This document shows, one piece after another, positions 17,292 to 25,743 of a stretch of DNA of 28,627 nucleotides. The stretch is from an uncultured Myxococcales bacterium (lineage in GTDB: Bacteria; Myxococcota_A; UBA9042; CAIXZC01), in the NCBI GenBank assembly GCA_964442235.1, contig CAYTWV010000001.1, forward strand, positions 17,327 to 45,953. The letters run 5' to 3'. The stretch's first letter is position 1; every line of letters starts with the position of its first letter. The notes under the pieces are model-generated. The model had not been told where the DNA came from and did no database searches. It was given only the letters and a program-made list of their open reading frames with translations. Made by a program: the position numbers and the translations under genes.

Positions 17292-17645
17292 ATGCGCTAT
17301 GTGACTCTTCTGGCCCTGTTCGCACTGCTGTTTGTCGCTTGTGACTCATCCACCGAAGCGGACACCAAAACCCAGGAACCGCAAGACCTGGTCTCTTCCC
17401 AGGATATCCCCGAAATTCCCGGTGGTTATGAAGGGATCGAAACCCTCTGCCCCGTCATCGTCGCCTGTGACTTCGGGTTCACCCAGGAAGCGTGCCTGGC
17501 CGAATTCATCTCGTACTGCAAAGAGGCGGGCAGGACTGCCTATGTCGACTGCATGGAAGCCTGCCACACAGCCTACACCTCGGCACCCGATTGTGATCCC
17601 TTCCGTACCTGCGAAACCAACTGTTGGAATAATTCTGGCTGCTAG
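17292..17645 (+). CDS. Small secreted lipoprotein with a 10-Cys domain, 117 aa
   Basis: SD GGAGG; MRYVTLLALFALLFVAC lipobox; acidic linker; ten further Cys, ending at the C-terminal residue. Confidence 0.8.
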   Translation: MRYVTLLALFALLFVACDSSTEADTKTQEPQDLVSSQDIPEIPGGYEGIETLCPVIVACDFGFTQEACLAEFISYCKEAGRTAYVDCMEACHTAYTSAPDCDPFRTCETNCWNNSGC

Positions 17646-17695
17646 AGCACCGCGGGAAACAACACACTTCCAGTGACGGTGCCCTGCTCGTTGAC

Positions 17696-19174
17696 CTATT
17701 CGTCTTCCGACATCCACGCATCTTCAGCAGATTTCGACGGCCCTTCGGGCAGATCATAGTCCACCAACGGACCCCCATGAATCGCCATCTGCTCGATTTC
17801 CGCCGGCGTCATGGCCTGCAGTTCCTTGGGCGGCGCTGCCCTGGACCCCTCGCCGCGGCTCTTTCTGGCCCGGAATAACAGCCGCACCGGCGTCCCCGCA
17901 AACTCGTACTCCTCTCGGAACTTGTTCAACATGTACCGTCGGTACGTCAGCGGAAGCCAGTCCGGGTTGTTCACACTGAACACGATGGTCGGCGGTGCCA
18001 CGGAAACCTGGGTCACAAAGTAGAACTTCGCCGGGCGGTGTTGCTCCACCGGAGGCGGATTCCGGTATACCAGATCCCGAACAAACCGATTCAACTCCCC
18101 CGTGGAGATGCGCTTCTCCCACTCGGATTTCACTTTCTCTACCACGGGAAGAAGCTTGTGCACGTTGCGCCCAATAAGACCGGACAAGAACAACACGGGA
18201 ATGTGCGTCAAGAACGGGTGCCTGGACCGCAACGCCTTAATGATCTTGTCCGCAGTTTTGTTGTCTTTTTCTACGGCGTCCCACTTGTTGTAAACCAAGA
18301 TCATGGCCCGGCCCCGGTCCTCGATCAGGTTCGCAATACGAATGTCCTGATCCGCCAGGCCCTCGGTCGCATCGATGACCAGCACTGCCACATGCGCACG
18401 CTCCATGGCTCGGACCGCACGAATGACGCTGTAGTACTCCACGTTATCGTGGATTTGCTTCTTGCGACGCATGCCCGCCGTGTCCACAAGCACCATTCGC
18501 TGGCCCTCGGGACCCTCCCACAGCGTATCCACCGAGTCACGAGTGGTGCCCGGCATGTCCGACGTCAACAGCCGCTGGGTCCCCAGAATCCGGTTGATCA
18601 GCGTCGATTTGCCCACGTTTGGACGACCCACCACCGCCACATGGGGCACCCCAACCAACTCCGGTGCGATGGCCCCGCCCTCGGGAAGCGCCACCACCAC
18701 TTCGTCCATCAGTTCAGGGATATTTCGCCCATGGGCCGACGAGATGAAGTGAATCGGCTCTACGCCCAAGGAATAGAACTCAGAGGCGGCGACCTCTTTG
18801 TTGTACCCGTCACACTTGTTCACCAGATAAAACACCGGCTTCTTGTGCCGCCGCAGCATGCGCACAATCTCTTCGTCCATGGGAGTTACGCCCTGCAGCG
18901 CATCCATCACAAAAAAGACCGCATCCGCTTCGGCAAGCGCCATTTCCACCTGCTCTTTCATGGTGGCAATCAGCGGATCCGTGGGGGACGGGTCAAATCC
19001 GCCCGTGTCGACCACGTCGAATTCCCGCCCCTCGAAGTTCATCTGACCGTAAAGACGGTCCCGAGTCACCCCGGGGATGTCCTCCACAATCGATTTCCTC
19101 TGCCCAACCAGCTTATTGAACAGCGTGGATTTCCCCACATTCGGTCGTCCCACAATGGCAATCATTCGACTCAT
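17696..19174 (-). CDS. der: Ribosome biogenesis GTPase Der (EngA), 492 aa
   Basis: Two G domains (GRPNVGKS x2, DTGG/DTAG, NKCD/NKWD) plus a KH-like C-domain. ATG 19174 overlaps the era stop (ATGA). Confidence 0.97.
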   Translation of the reverse strand: MSRMIAIVGRPNVGKSTLFNKLVGQRKSIVEDIPGVTRDRLYGQMNFEGREFDVVDTGGFDPSPTDPLIATMKEQVEMALAEADAVFFVMDALQGVTPMDEEIVRMLRRHKKPVFYLVNKCDGYNKEVAASEFYSLGVEPIHFISSAHGRNIPELMDEVVVALPEGGAIAPELVGVPHVAVVGRPNVGKSTLINRILGTQRLLTSDMPGTTRDSVDTLWEGPEGQRMVLVDTAGMRRKKQIHDNVEYYSVIRAVRAMERAHVAVLVIDATEGLADQDIRIANLIEDRGRAMILVYNKWDAVEKDNKTADKIIKALRSRHPFLTHIPVLFLSGLIGRNVHKLLPVVEKVKSEWEKRISTGELNRFVRDLVYRNPPPVEQHRPAKFYFVTQVSVAPPTIVFSVNNPDWLPLTYRRYMLNKFREEYEFAGTPVRLLFRARKSRGEGSRAAPPKELQAMTPAEIEQMAIHGGPLVDYDLPEGPSKSAEDAWMSEDE

Positions 19175-20094
19175 GTTTCGTACCCAACCTTCTGGATCCC
19201 TCTGACAGAGCGGGTCCATTCATCTTCTACGCGCACGAACAACTCAAGGAACACTCGCTCGCCGCTAAACCCTTCAATACTCTCTCGGGCACCCTGCCCG
19301 ATGGCCTTCAACATCGACCCACCCTTGCCGATCAAGATGCCCTTCTGGCTTTTGCGCTCAACGTGGATGGTGGCAGCAATGTACAGCAGAGGCTCTTTGG
19401 CTTCTCGATTCTCCATCACGTCGATGGTCACCGCCGTCGAGTAGGGAACCTCTTGCTGCGTCCTCAAGAACACCTGCTCTCGAACAAACTCACGAACCAC
19501 AAAACTCAAGTTGCGATCCGTCAACTCCCCTTCGTCAAAAATTGCGTTGGCCTCGGGCAATACCTTGGCGCACTCCAATCTTAAGTCGTCTACACCCTGG
19601 CCATTTAGCGCACTGACCGGGACCATGGACTGGAACGGAAACAGCTCTTGCATGCGGGCCAAAACGGGCAGCAGGGCCTGCTTGTTGATGGCATCCACCT
19701 TGTTCAACGCCAAGATGCAGGGTAGGGCGCTGGCCTGGATCTGCTCCAGAATCTTTCGCTCGGGTTTGGGGATGTGGTCCTTTACCTGGGTGGAGTCCAC
19801 CACCAGAATCACCGCATCCGCCTCCTGCAACGACGCCAGGGCATTTTCCACCATCATCCGGTGCAACAACCCCTTGGCCTGATGGATCCCGGGAGTGTCC
19901 AAAAACATGATCTGGCACTCCGGCCACGTCCCGATGCCCATGATGCGATCTCGGGTGGTCTGTGGCTTGGGCGTGACGATGGCCAATTTCTGGCCCAGAA
20001 ACGCATTCAGCAACGTCGACTTCCCAACGTTTGGGCGACCTACGATGGTCACAAACCCCGACCTAAATCCCTTCGTCTCACTCGTCTCACTCAC
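19171..20094 (-). CDS. era: GTPase Era, 307 aa
   Basis: GFVTIVGRPNVGKSTL, KPQTTR, DTPG, NKVD, and KH motif SQKGILIGKGG. GTG 20094 overlaps the end of cmk. Confidence 0.97.
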   Translation of the reverse strand: MSETSETKGFRSGFVTIVGRPNVGKSTLLNAFLGQKLAIVTPKPQTTRDRIMGIGTWPECQIMFLDTPGIHQAKGLLHRMMVENALASLQEADAVILVVDSTQVKDHIPKPERKILEQIQASALPCILALNKVDAINKQALLPVLARMQELFPFQSMVPVSALNGQGVDDLRLECAKVLPEANAIFDEGELTDRNLSFVVREFVREQVFLRTQQEVPYSTAVTIDVMENREAKEPLLYIAATIHVERKSQKGILIGKGGSMLKAIGQGARESIEGFSGERVFLELFVRVEDEWTRSVRGIQKVGYET

Positions 20095-20773
20095 CAGACT
20101 CCTCCACCAACCGGGCGATGTGCTCCACCACCTGGTCCAACGAAATATCCGACGTGTCCAGGATGCGGGCATCCGCCGCTGGCTTCAGTGGCGCTACCGC
20201 CCTGGTGCTGTCCGCCAGATCCCGGGCCCGTATCTCTTCGATCAACTGTTCCATGCTCACGGCCCGCCCCTCTGCTTCCAACTGCAGATACCGACGGCGG
20301 GCCCGAACTCCCACCGAGGCGGTCACAAAAAACTTGAACTCCGCATCGGGGAACACCACGGTCCCGATATCTCGACCCTCCAAGACCGAGCCGCTTCCCT
20401 CATTCCCCAACCGCCGCTGAAGCTCCAACAACGCACTGCGAACTTCTGCGTGGCTCGAAACCTTGCTGGCTCCCCCGGAGATCGCATTGACCCGCAAGGC
20501 GCTGGTCACGTCTTCGCCTTCCAGATAAACCCGGTTCACACCACGTTCCATCTGAAATCGGATTTTCAGCCGCGAGGCAATCTGAGCCAATTCTCCGGCC
20601 GCTTCCCAGGAGACGCCACGACGCTGCGCCTCATAGGCCACCGCTCGGTAAATCGCACCGGTCTCTACATAGGCCAACCCCAGACGTTGAGCCAGCGCTA
20701 ACGCCACGGTACTCTTCCCGGCACCTGCCGGTCCGTCCAGGGCCACGACCCGATGTTGCCTGCCAGAACCCAT
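20087..20773 (-). CDS. cmk: Cytidylate kinase, 228 aa
   Basis: ALDGPAGAGKST, ETGAIYR, EGRDIGTVVFPDA, RDLADSTRAVAPL. Confidence 0.97.
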   Translation of the reverse strand: MGSGRQHRVVALDGPAGAGKSTVALALAQRLGLAYVETGAIYRAVAYEAQRRGVSWEAAGELAQIASRLKIRFQMERGVNRVYLEGEDVTSALRVNAISGGASKVSSHAEVRSALLELQRRLGNEGSGSVLEGRDIGTVVFPDAEFKFFVTASVGVRARRRYLQLEAEGRAVSMEQLIEEIRARDLADSTRAVAPLKPAADARILDTSDISLDQVVEHIARLVEESGE

Positions 20774-20875
20774 GATTCCTCCACCCCCGTTGCGAGCACG
20801 GGCCGGCTAGTATAGGCTAGGTCGCTTCGTTTGAATAGGTCTCCTTCTAAGGAGGCCCCTGGGAGGGCGCTTTCC

Positions 20876-22219
20876 ATGGATCTCACCGCATTCCTGATAC
20901 TCTTCGCGCCCCTCATTCTGCTCTATACCTACAGCCCCAATCTCTATTTCTCTCCCTTTGATGCCCCCTCCAATTTTGCCTGGATTCTGCTGGCTACCCT
21001 GCTGGCTACTCTGGTCGCCTTTACCCTGCCCTTTGCCCTGCGCCGCCGCAAAGACGCCGGCCCGGACATGCCCCAGCGCAAACCCTGGGCCAGCCACGCC
21101 TTTGCCATTTGCCTCGCCCTCCTCTTTGCCACCCTGGTCGAAGCGTTCGACTGGATTGAAACCTTCGACACCCTCTTTTTTGCCCCCGAAACCTTCGTCA
21201 TCGCAGACCTGCTGCTCCTGGTTCCGTTCCTGGTCCCCTATGTCGTGTTTCGTACTCACCTCGCCCTGCGAACCTTGGTACTCAGGCACAGGCCCACGAC
21301 CCCAGGTTCGGTGTTGAATGGACAACTCCGAGGGCTGGTCGTCATCCTGGGGCCCCAACTGCTTTACCTGAACATCTATGCCCTGCTGGTCCACGGCTTT
21401 GAGCCCTCGGCAAAGCTGGTGGAAATCTATCCCTGGCTGAACTTCGCCATCGTCGGGGTGCTGATCTTTTTGCTTCTGACCTATTCGCCCTATTTTGTCC
21501 GGCTGCTCTACTCCCGAGTCCCCCTCGAAGACCACCCCGCGATCTACACCTTCAAATCCGTGTTCCAGGATCTCTCGGCCCGCACCGGAATCCCCCTGAA
21601 CCGCGTCTCGATCTGGATGACCGGCCCTGCGGCCGTAGCGAACGCTGCAGTCAGCGGCGCATTCGGTCGACAACGAACCGTATTCATCACCGATCGCCTG
21701 CTGGAAATCCTGACCCCCGACGAGGTCAAGGCCGTGGTCGCCCACGAGTTGGGCCACGCCTACCATCGACACCTCCTGCTGATGTTGCCCGTCGCCCTGC
21801 TCTCCAGCGTCTTTGTGGTCTGGACCCTCTATCTGGTCGAGATGTTTGTGGATACCGGTGATGCCCTGGGTGGACTGGTCATGGCCATTCAGTTCGGGTA
21901 TCTGTTTATCGTTTACCGTCCCCTCTCCCAACGGTTCGAATTCCAATCCGATGCCTATGCGGCACAGGTCACCGGCGGCCCCCAAATGCTCTCCAGCGCC
22001 CTGCTCAAGCTCTCCCACGAGATGGGAGGGTCCCGAACCAAAGCCAGCCTGACCCATCCAGCCATCATGAACCGGGTCACGCGCCTGACTCAGCTATACG
22101 AAGCCCACAACGGCGATCTGACGGCACTCATCCAACGTGGGGTTTGGATCAACCGCATCCTGGTTGCCGTAATGACCGCTCTGATTGTCGGGACGGTGTT
22201 GTTAAGCCCTCACGCCTAG
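20876..22219 (+). CDS. Integral-membrane M48 zinc metallopeptidase (Ste24/HtpX-like), 447 aa
   Basis: Multiple TM helices, NAAVSG, VVAHELGH (HExxH), EFQSDAYA, THP. Start ATG 20876. Confidence 0.88.
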   Translation: MDLTAFLILFAPLILLYTYSPNLYFSPFDAPSNFAWILLATLLATLVAFTLPFALRRRKDAGPDMPQRKPWASHAFAICLALLFATLVEAFDWIETFDTLFFAPETFVIADLLLLVPFLVPYVVFRTHLALRTLVLRHRPTTPGSVLNGQLRGLVVILGPQLLYLNIYALLVHGFEPSAKLVEIYPWLNFAIVGVLIFLLLTYSPYFVRLLYSRVPLEDHPAIYTFKSVFQDLSARTGIPLNRVSIWMTGPAAVANAAVSGAFGRQRTVFITDRLLEILTPDEVKAVVAHELGHAYHRHLLLMLPVALLSSVFVVWTLYLVEMFVDTGDALGGLVMAIQFGYLFIVYRPLSQRFEFQSDAYAAQVTGGPQMLSSALLKLSHEMGGSRTKASLTHPAIMNRVTRLTQLYEAHNGDLTALIQRGVWINRILVAVMTALIVGTVLLSPHA

Positions 22220-22239
22220 CCAGGGCTATCAATTGAACG

Positions 22240-23541
22240 TCATCTCCTGAACCGGGCTTCCAGTTCGTCCACCAGCAAGACCACGCGGTTATCGATCTTC
22301 AAGGCGTTTTCCACGTTTCGCACGCCAGACAACACGCTGCTATGGTCCCGGCCCCCGAACTTCCTGCCAATCTCGGGCAACGAACTGTCAGTCAGCTTAC
22401 GGGCCAGATACATGGCGATGTGCCGAGGCTGCGACAGCTCCCGACGTCGGCTGGCCGAGGTCAAATCCTCCACCGGAAGCCCGAATTTGCTGGCCACCGC
22501 CTTCTGAATCGCCTCAATGGAGATCTTCTTGAACTGCTTCTTGTAGTAGCCTCGAATGCAGTCTCGAACGCCCTTGATATTCGGCTCCGATTGGGTCAAC
22601 TGCGCTTCCAGATCCAGCCGGGCCAGGCAGCTTTCCAGCTCCCGTACATTGTCCGAAATCTCTTCGGCAATGGCCTGCGCCAATTCCGTGGGAAGAGGCT
22701 TCCCGAACAGCCGTTCCGACTTCCGCTGGATAATGGCAATGCGCGTTTCCAGCTCTGGCGGCTTGATGTCCGCAATCAGGCCCCATTCGAAACGGGACTT
22801 CAGCCGCTCCTGCAATTGCGGAATCTCATGGGGAGGACGATCGCTGGTGAACACGATCTGCTTTTTCACCGCATGCAGGGCGTTAAACAGATGGAAGAAC
22901 TCGATCTGGGTTTGCTCTTTGCCCGACAGAAACTGGACGTCGTCAATCAGCAGCACGTCCACCTGGTCTCGATAGCGAGATCGAAACTGGTCAAAACGTT
23001 TGGTTCGAATCGCTGCCATGTAGTCATTAACCCAGGTCTCGCAGGTCCGATAGACAACCCGAAGTCCCGGATTGGTCTGTGCGGCCAGGTTCCCAATCGC
23101 ACACATCAGGTGCGTCTTACCCAACCCCACACCACCATAGATGAACAGCGGATTGTAGGCTCGCCCGGGACGCTCGCCCGAGGCCTTGCCCGCCGCACAA
23201 GCCATCAAATTCGACGGACCCTGAATGAACTCATCAAACGTGTACGGAGGTACCGTCGCCGAACTGGATTCCGTCTGCTTGGGATAGTCAAACAACTCGG
23301 GGTCAGAGACTCGATACTCGACCTGGATCGGCTCCTTGAACTGACGCTCAAGTTCCTCTTCCAGCATCGCTTGGAAACGCTCGGCAAAGTACTCCAGAAA
23401 GCGACCATCCTTCACCTGGATGCGGGCCACGCCAGGGCTGTGTTCCACCAGCTTCAGCACCCCAAACCAATTGCGATACTCCGCTGGCCTGAGGCGCTTC
23501 TTGATAGAAGCCAGTGCATCCAGCCAGGGTTGAGGTTCCAT
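22240..23541 (-). CDS. dnaA: DnaA family replication initiator (possibly a secondary paralogue), 433 aa
   Basis: Domain I (W..A..I..W), YTFDEF, Walker A GGVGLGKTHL, Walker B LLIDDVQFL, RLKSRF, NVRELE, domain IV LPEIG..FGGRDH. Start ATG 23541 (or GTG 23550). Confidence 0.93.
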   Translation of the reverse strand: MEPQPWLDALASIKKRLRPAEYRNWFGVLKLVEHSPGVARIQVKDGRFLEYFAERFQAMLEEELERQFKEPIQVEYRVSDPELFDYPKQTESSSATVPPYTFDEFIQGPSNLMACAAGKASGERPGRAYNPLFIYGGVGLGKTHLMCAIGNLAAQTNPGLRVVYRTCETWVNDYMAAIRTKRFDQFRSRYRDQVDVLLIDDVQFLSGKEQTQIEFFHLFNALHAVKKQIVFTSDRPPHEIPQLQERLKSRFEWGLIADIKPPELETRIAIIQRKSERLFGKPLPTELAQAIAEEISDNVRELESCLARLDLEAQLTQSEPNIKGVRDCIRGYYKKQFKKISIEAIQKAVASKFGLPVEDLTSASRRRELSQPRHIAMYLARKLTDSSLPEIGRKFGGRDHSSVLSGVRNVENALKIDNRVVLLVDELEARFRR

Positions 23542-23607
23542 TATCACCACTCCATTTCCGCATACCGATTTGCGTCGCTTCCACAGGCGAAAACCGCATC
23601 ATTTGGC

Positions 23608-23630
23608 ACCGGTCTGAGTTCAGGACCGGT
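23608..23630. promoter_or_regulatory. Near-perfect inverted repeat between the divergent dnaA and eutN genes
   Basis: ACCGGTCTGA-GT-TCAGGACCGGT (one-base bulge). Confidence 0.5.
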
Positions 23631-23713
23631 GAGTGTATGGATCGTCTGCTCCGGCCTTGTCAAGCGGATTCCAGATCCACCGCCTCCCATGCCAGCCCGC
23701 CTCGCAACCACCC

Positions 23714-23743
23714 TTGACACAACTCGATATCCCGCCTTACAGT
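23714..23743 (+). promoter_or_regulatory. Probable sigma70 promoter of the BMC-P pair
   Basis: TTGACA-N18-TACAGT, then SD GGAGG (23751) and ATG 23761. Confidence 0.55.
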
Positions 23744-23760
23744 ACGCGCCGGAGGCCCGC

Positions 23761-24030
23761 ATGATACTTGGAAATGTTGTCGGAAGAGTCGTCGCCTCTC
23801 GCAAGTACGAGGGATTGGAAGGAAAACGGTTCCTTTGGGTCCAGCCCCTGGATGAACACCTGGAACCCTCCGGAGATGCCGTCGTCGCCGTCGATACAGT
23901 CATGGCCGGCCCTGGCGATCGGGTCTATCTGGTCCTCTCTCGTGAGGCCGCACTGGCCCTAGACCCCTGGTTTGTCCCCGTCGACCACGCCATCGTCGGC
24001 ATCGTCGACCATGTCGACGTGCAGGAGTAA
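23761..24030 (+). CDS. Bacterial microcompartment vertex (pentamer, BMC-P) protein, EutN/CcmL family, 89 aa
   Basis: MILGNVVGRVVASRK..VAVDTVMAGPGDRV..VDHAIVGIVD. SD GGAGG. It is the 3' end of the spurious 562-aa ORF. Confidence 0.93.
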   Translation: MILGNVVGRVVASRKYEGLEGKRFLWVQPLDEHLEPSGDAVVAVDTVMAGPGDRVYLVLSREAALALDPWFVPVDHAIVGIVDHVDVQE

Positions 24031-24033
24031 CCC

Positions 24034-24339
24034 ATGGTCCTGGCCAAAGTCATCGGAACCGTGGTCTCGACGATCAAACACCCGGCCTACCACGCACTCA
24101 AACTCATGATCGTTCGCCCCGTGGACCACGACGGTGCCCCCGCAGGCGACTCCTTCCTGGCGGTCGACAATGTCCAGGCAGGAACCGGAGATACCGTTCT
24201 GGTCCTGCGCGAAGGCAACGGCGTTCGACAGATTCTGGGCAAAAAGAACCTTCCGATCCGATCCATCATCGTCGGGATCGTCGACCAGGTGACGCTGGAA
24301 CCCTGGGCTCGCTCCAGCGGCCAACCCGCAGCCAAATAG
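24034..24339 (+). CDS. Second BMC-P protein, EutN/CcmL family, 101 aa
   Basis: [40 protein letters not shown]; starts 3 nt after the first. Confidence 0.93.
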   Translation: MVLAKVIGTVVSTIKHPAYHALKLMIVRPVDHDGAPAGDSFLAVDNVQAGTGDTVLVLREGNGVRQILGKKNLPIRSIIVGIVDQVTLEPWARSSGQPAAK

Positions 24340-24457
24340 GGATGCCCTCCTTCGCATTCTCACCCTCCCACCAGACGAAAAAGATGGTTACCCTCTGTCC
24401 CAGCCCCATCCCCCAGGACGTGGCTTTGACCCTTTGTTCCATTCCCAGGAGGTCTGC

Positions 24458-25681
24458 ATGTCGAGTCGCTTTACTTGCCTCTTCTATGTCGATCAGGACG
24501 CCGACAGCCGAAACGCCGAGGTAATCATCCAGAGCCAGGGCCTCAGCCTGCTGCTTCCCGATGGTCGAATCGATTTGCCCTGGACCGCACTCCGGGCAGA
24601 TCGAGGCGGCTTCGACCACTCGCTGCTGGTGCTGCGCGGCCAACTCGCCGGGCATACCTACTCGCTTTTTATCAAAGACTCCGCTCAGGCGGTAAAGGCG
24701 ATTCTGGCCTCCCGCCCTCATCCATCCCTGGCCAACGACCTGCAACGACACTTCTCCCCCAGCCGCACACTGCGCTGGATTGCGGCGGGTGTCGTGGTAC
24801 TGGCCCTGCTTGGAGTGGGCCTCTATTACGGGGCCATCTGGGCCTTCCGCACCACGGTGGATGTGGCCGTCGCCAACATCCCCACGGACTGGGAACTGGA
24901 ACTGGGACGGTATTCGGCAAAAGAAATCCTGACCCAGAAAGAGGTTTGCAGCGATCCCAAGGTGGTCGCCGCAGTCCAGGAGATCGTCGAACGACTTAAC
25001 GCCGCAGTGGTCGACTCCCCCTATCCCTTTACCGTCAAGATCGTGAATACCCCCGAGGTCAATGCCTTTGCCCTGCCCGGAGGCTACATCTTTGTTCACA
25101 GCGGGTTGCTGGAAAAGGCCGGATCCCCTGCGGAAGTGGCCGGGGTGATCGCCCACGAGATGCAACACGCACTCAAACGCCACGGCTTGCGCAATGTCAT
25201 GGGGCGAGCTTCCCTCGGACTGGTCGCCGGGCTGGTCTTCGGCGACATCCAGGGACTGGGTGGCTTCGCCGTGGGCGCTGCCTCGGAATTGGCGGCCCTC
25301 TCCTTCTCCCGGGAACAGGAAGTCGAAGCCGATACCGGCGGACTTGAACTTCTGTATGCTGCCTCCATCGACCCCAACGGCATGCCCGCCTTTTTCGAAG
25401 TCCTCATCGAAGAAGAACAAAAACGCTCCGTCGGTCTCCCCTCGTTCCTCAGTTCCCATCCCGAGACTCTGGACCGTATCGCAACCCTTCGTGCCGAAAT
25501 TCAGCGCCGGGGTGTGGTTTCTGCCAAACCCTTCGACTTCGACTGGACCCAAACTCGAACCCTGTGCACCCCCATTCCATGGTCCGACCCCGATAAGGCC
25601 GTCGAACCCAAATCCGCCCCCTCGCTCCCCTCGCCCGCCGTCCCCACCGCACCCCCTGCCGCTTCGGCTTCCCTTGGTTGA
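24458..25681 (+). CDS. M48 metallopeptidase (BepA/YfgC/LoiP-like) with an extra N-terminal cytoplasmic domain, 407 aa
   Basis: One TM helix, VNAFALPGG, AHEMQH (HExxH), FSREQEVEAD, FLSSHP. SD AGGAGG before ATG 24458. Confidence 0.88.
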   Translation: MSSRFTCLFYVDQDADSRNAEVIIQSQGLSLLLPDGRIDLPWTALRADRGGFDHSLLVLRGQLAGHTYSLFIKDSAQAVKAILASRPHPSLANDLQRHFSPSRTLRWIAAGVVVLALLGVGLYYGAIWAFRTTVDVAVANIPTDWELELGRYSAKEILTQKEVCSDPKVVAAVQEIVERLNAAVVDSPYPFTVKIVNTPEVNAFALPGGYIFVHSGLLEKAGSPAEVAGVIAHEMQHALKRHGLRNVMGRASLGLVAGLVFGDIQGLGGFAVGAASELAALSFSREQEVEADTGGLELLYAASIDPNGMPAFFEVLIEEEQKRSVGLPSFLSSHPETLDRIATLRAEIQRRGVVSAKPFDFDWTQTRTLCTPIPWSDPDKAVEPKSAPSLPSPAVPTAPPAASASLG

Positions 25682-25743
25682 ACGGTTCTGGTAAAACCTC
25701 TCTCCGTGACGTGTTTGCCTGTTGTTCCAGCAGAGGTGGTCTG

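Noticed and set aside
17648-17678. GCACCG..CGGTGC hairpin between convergent genes as a bidirectional terminator
   Set aside because: Interrupted stem with a large loop and no U tract; too weak to call.
20074-20094. 9-bp direct repeat at the cmk/era junction
   Set aside because: Only two copies, encoding SET-SET at the Era N-terminus; no sign of a target-site duplication or inserted element.
22220-23760. oriC next to dnaA
   Set aside because: No DnaA-box cluster and no AT-rich unwinding element. Box-like 9-mers are isolated and intragenic (8542-8550 exact; 21847, 22307 and 26838 with one mismatch).
22342-24030. 562-aa plus-strand ORF
   Set aside because: It is antisense to dnaA; only its last 89 codons (from ATG 23761, with SD) are a real EutN/CcmL gene.
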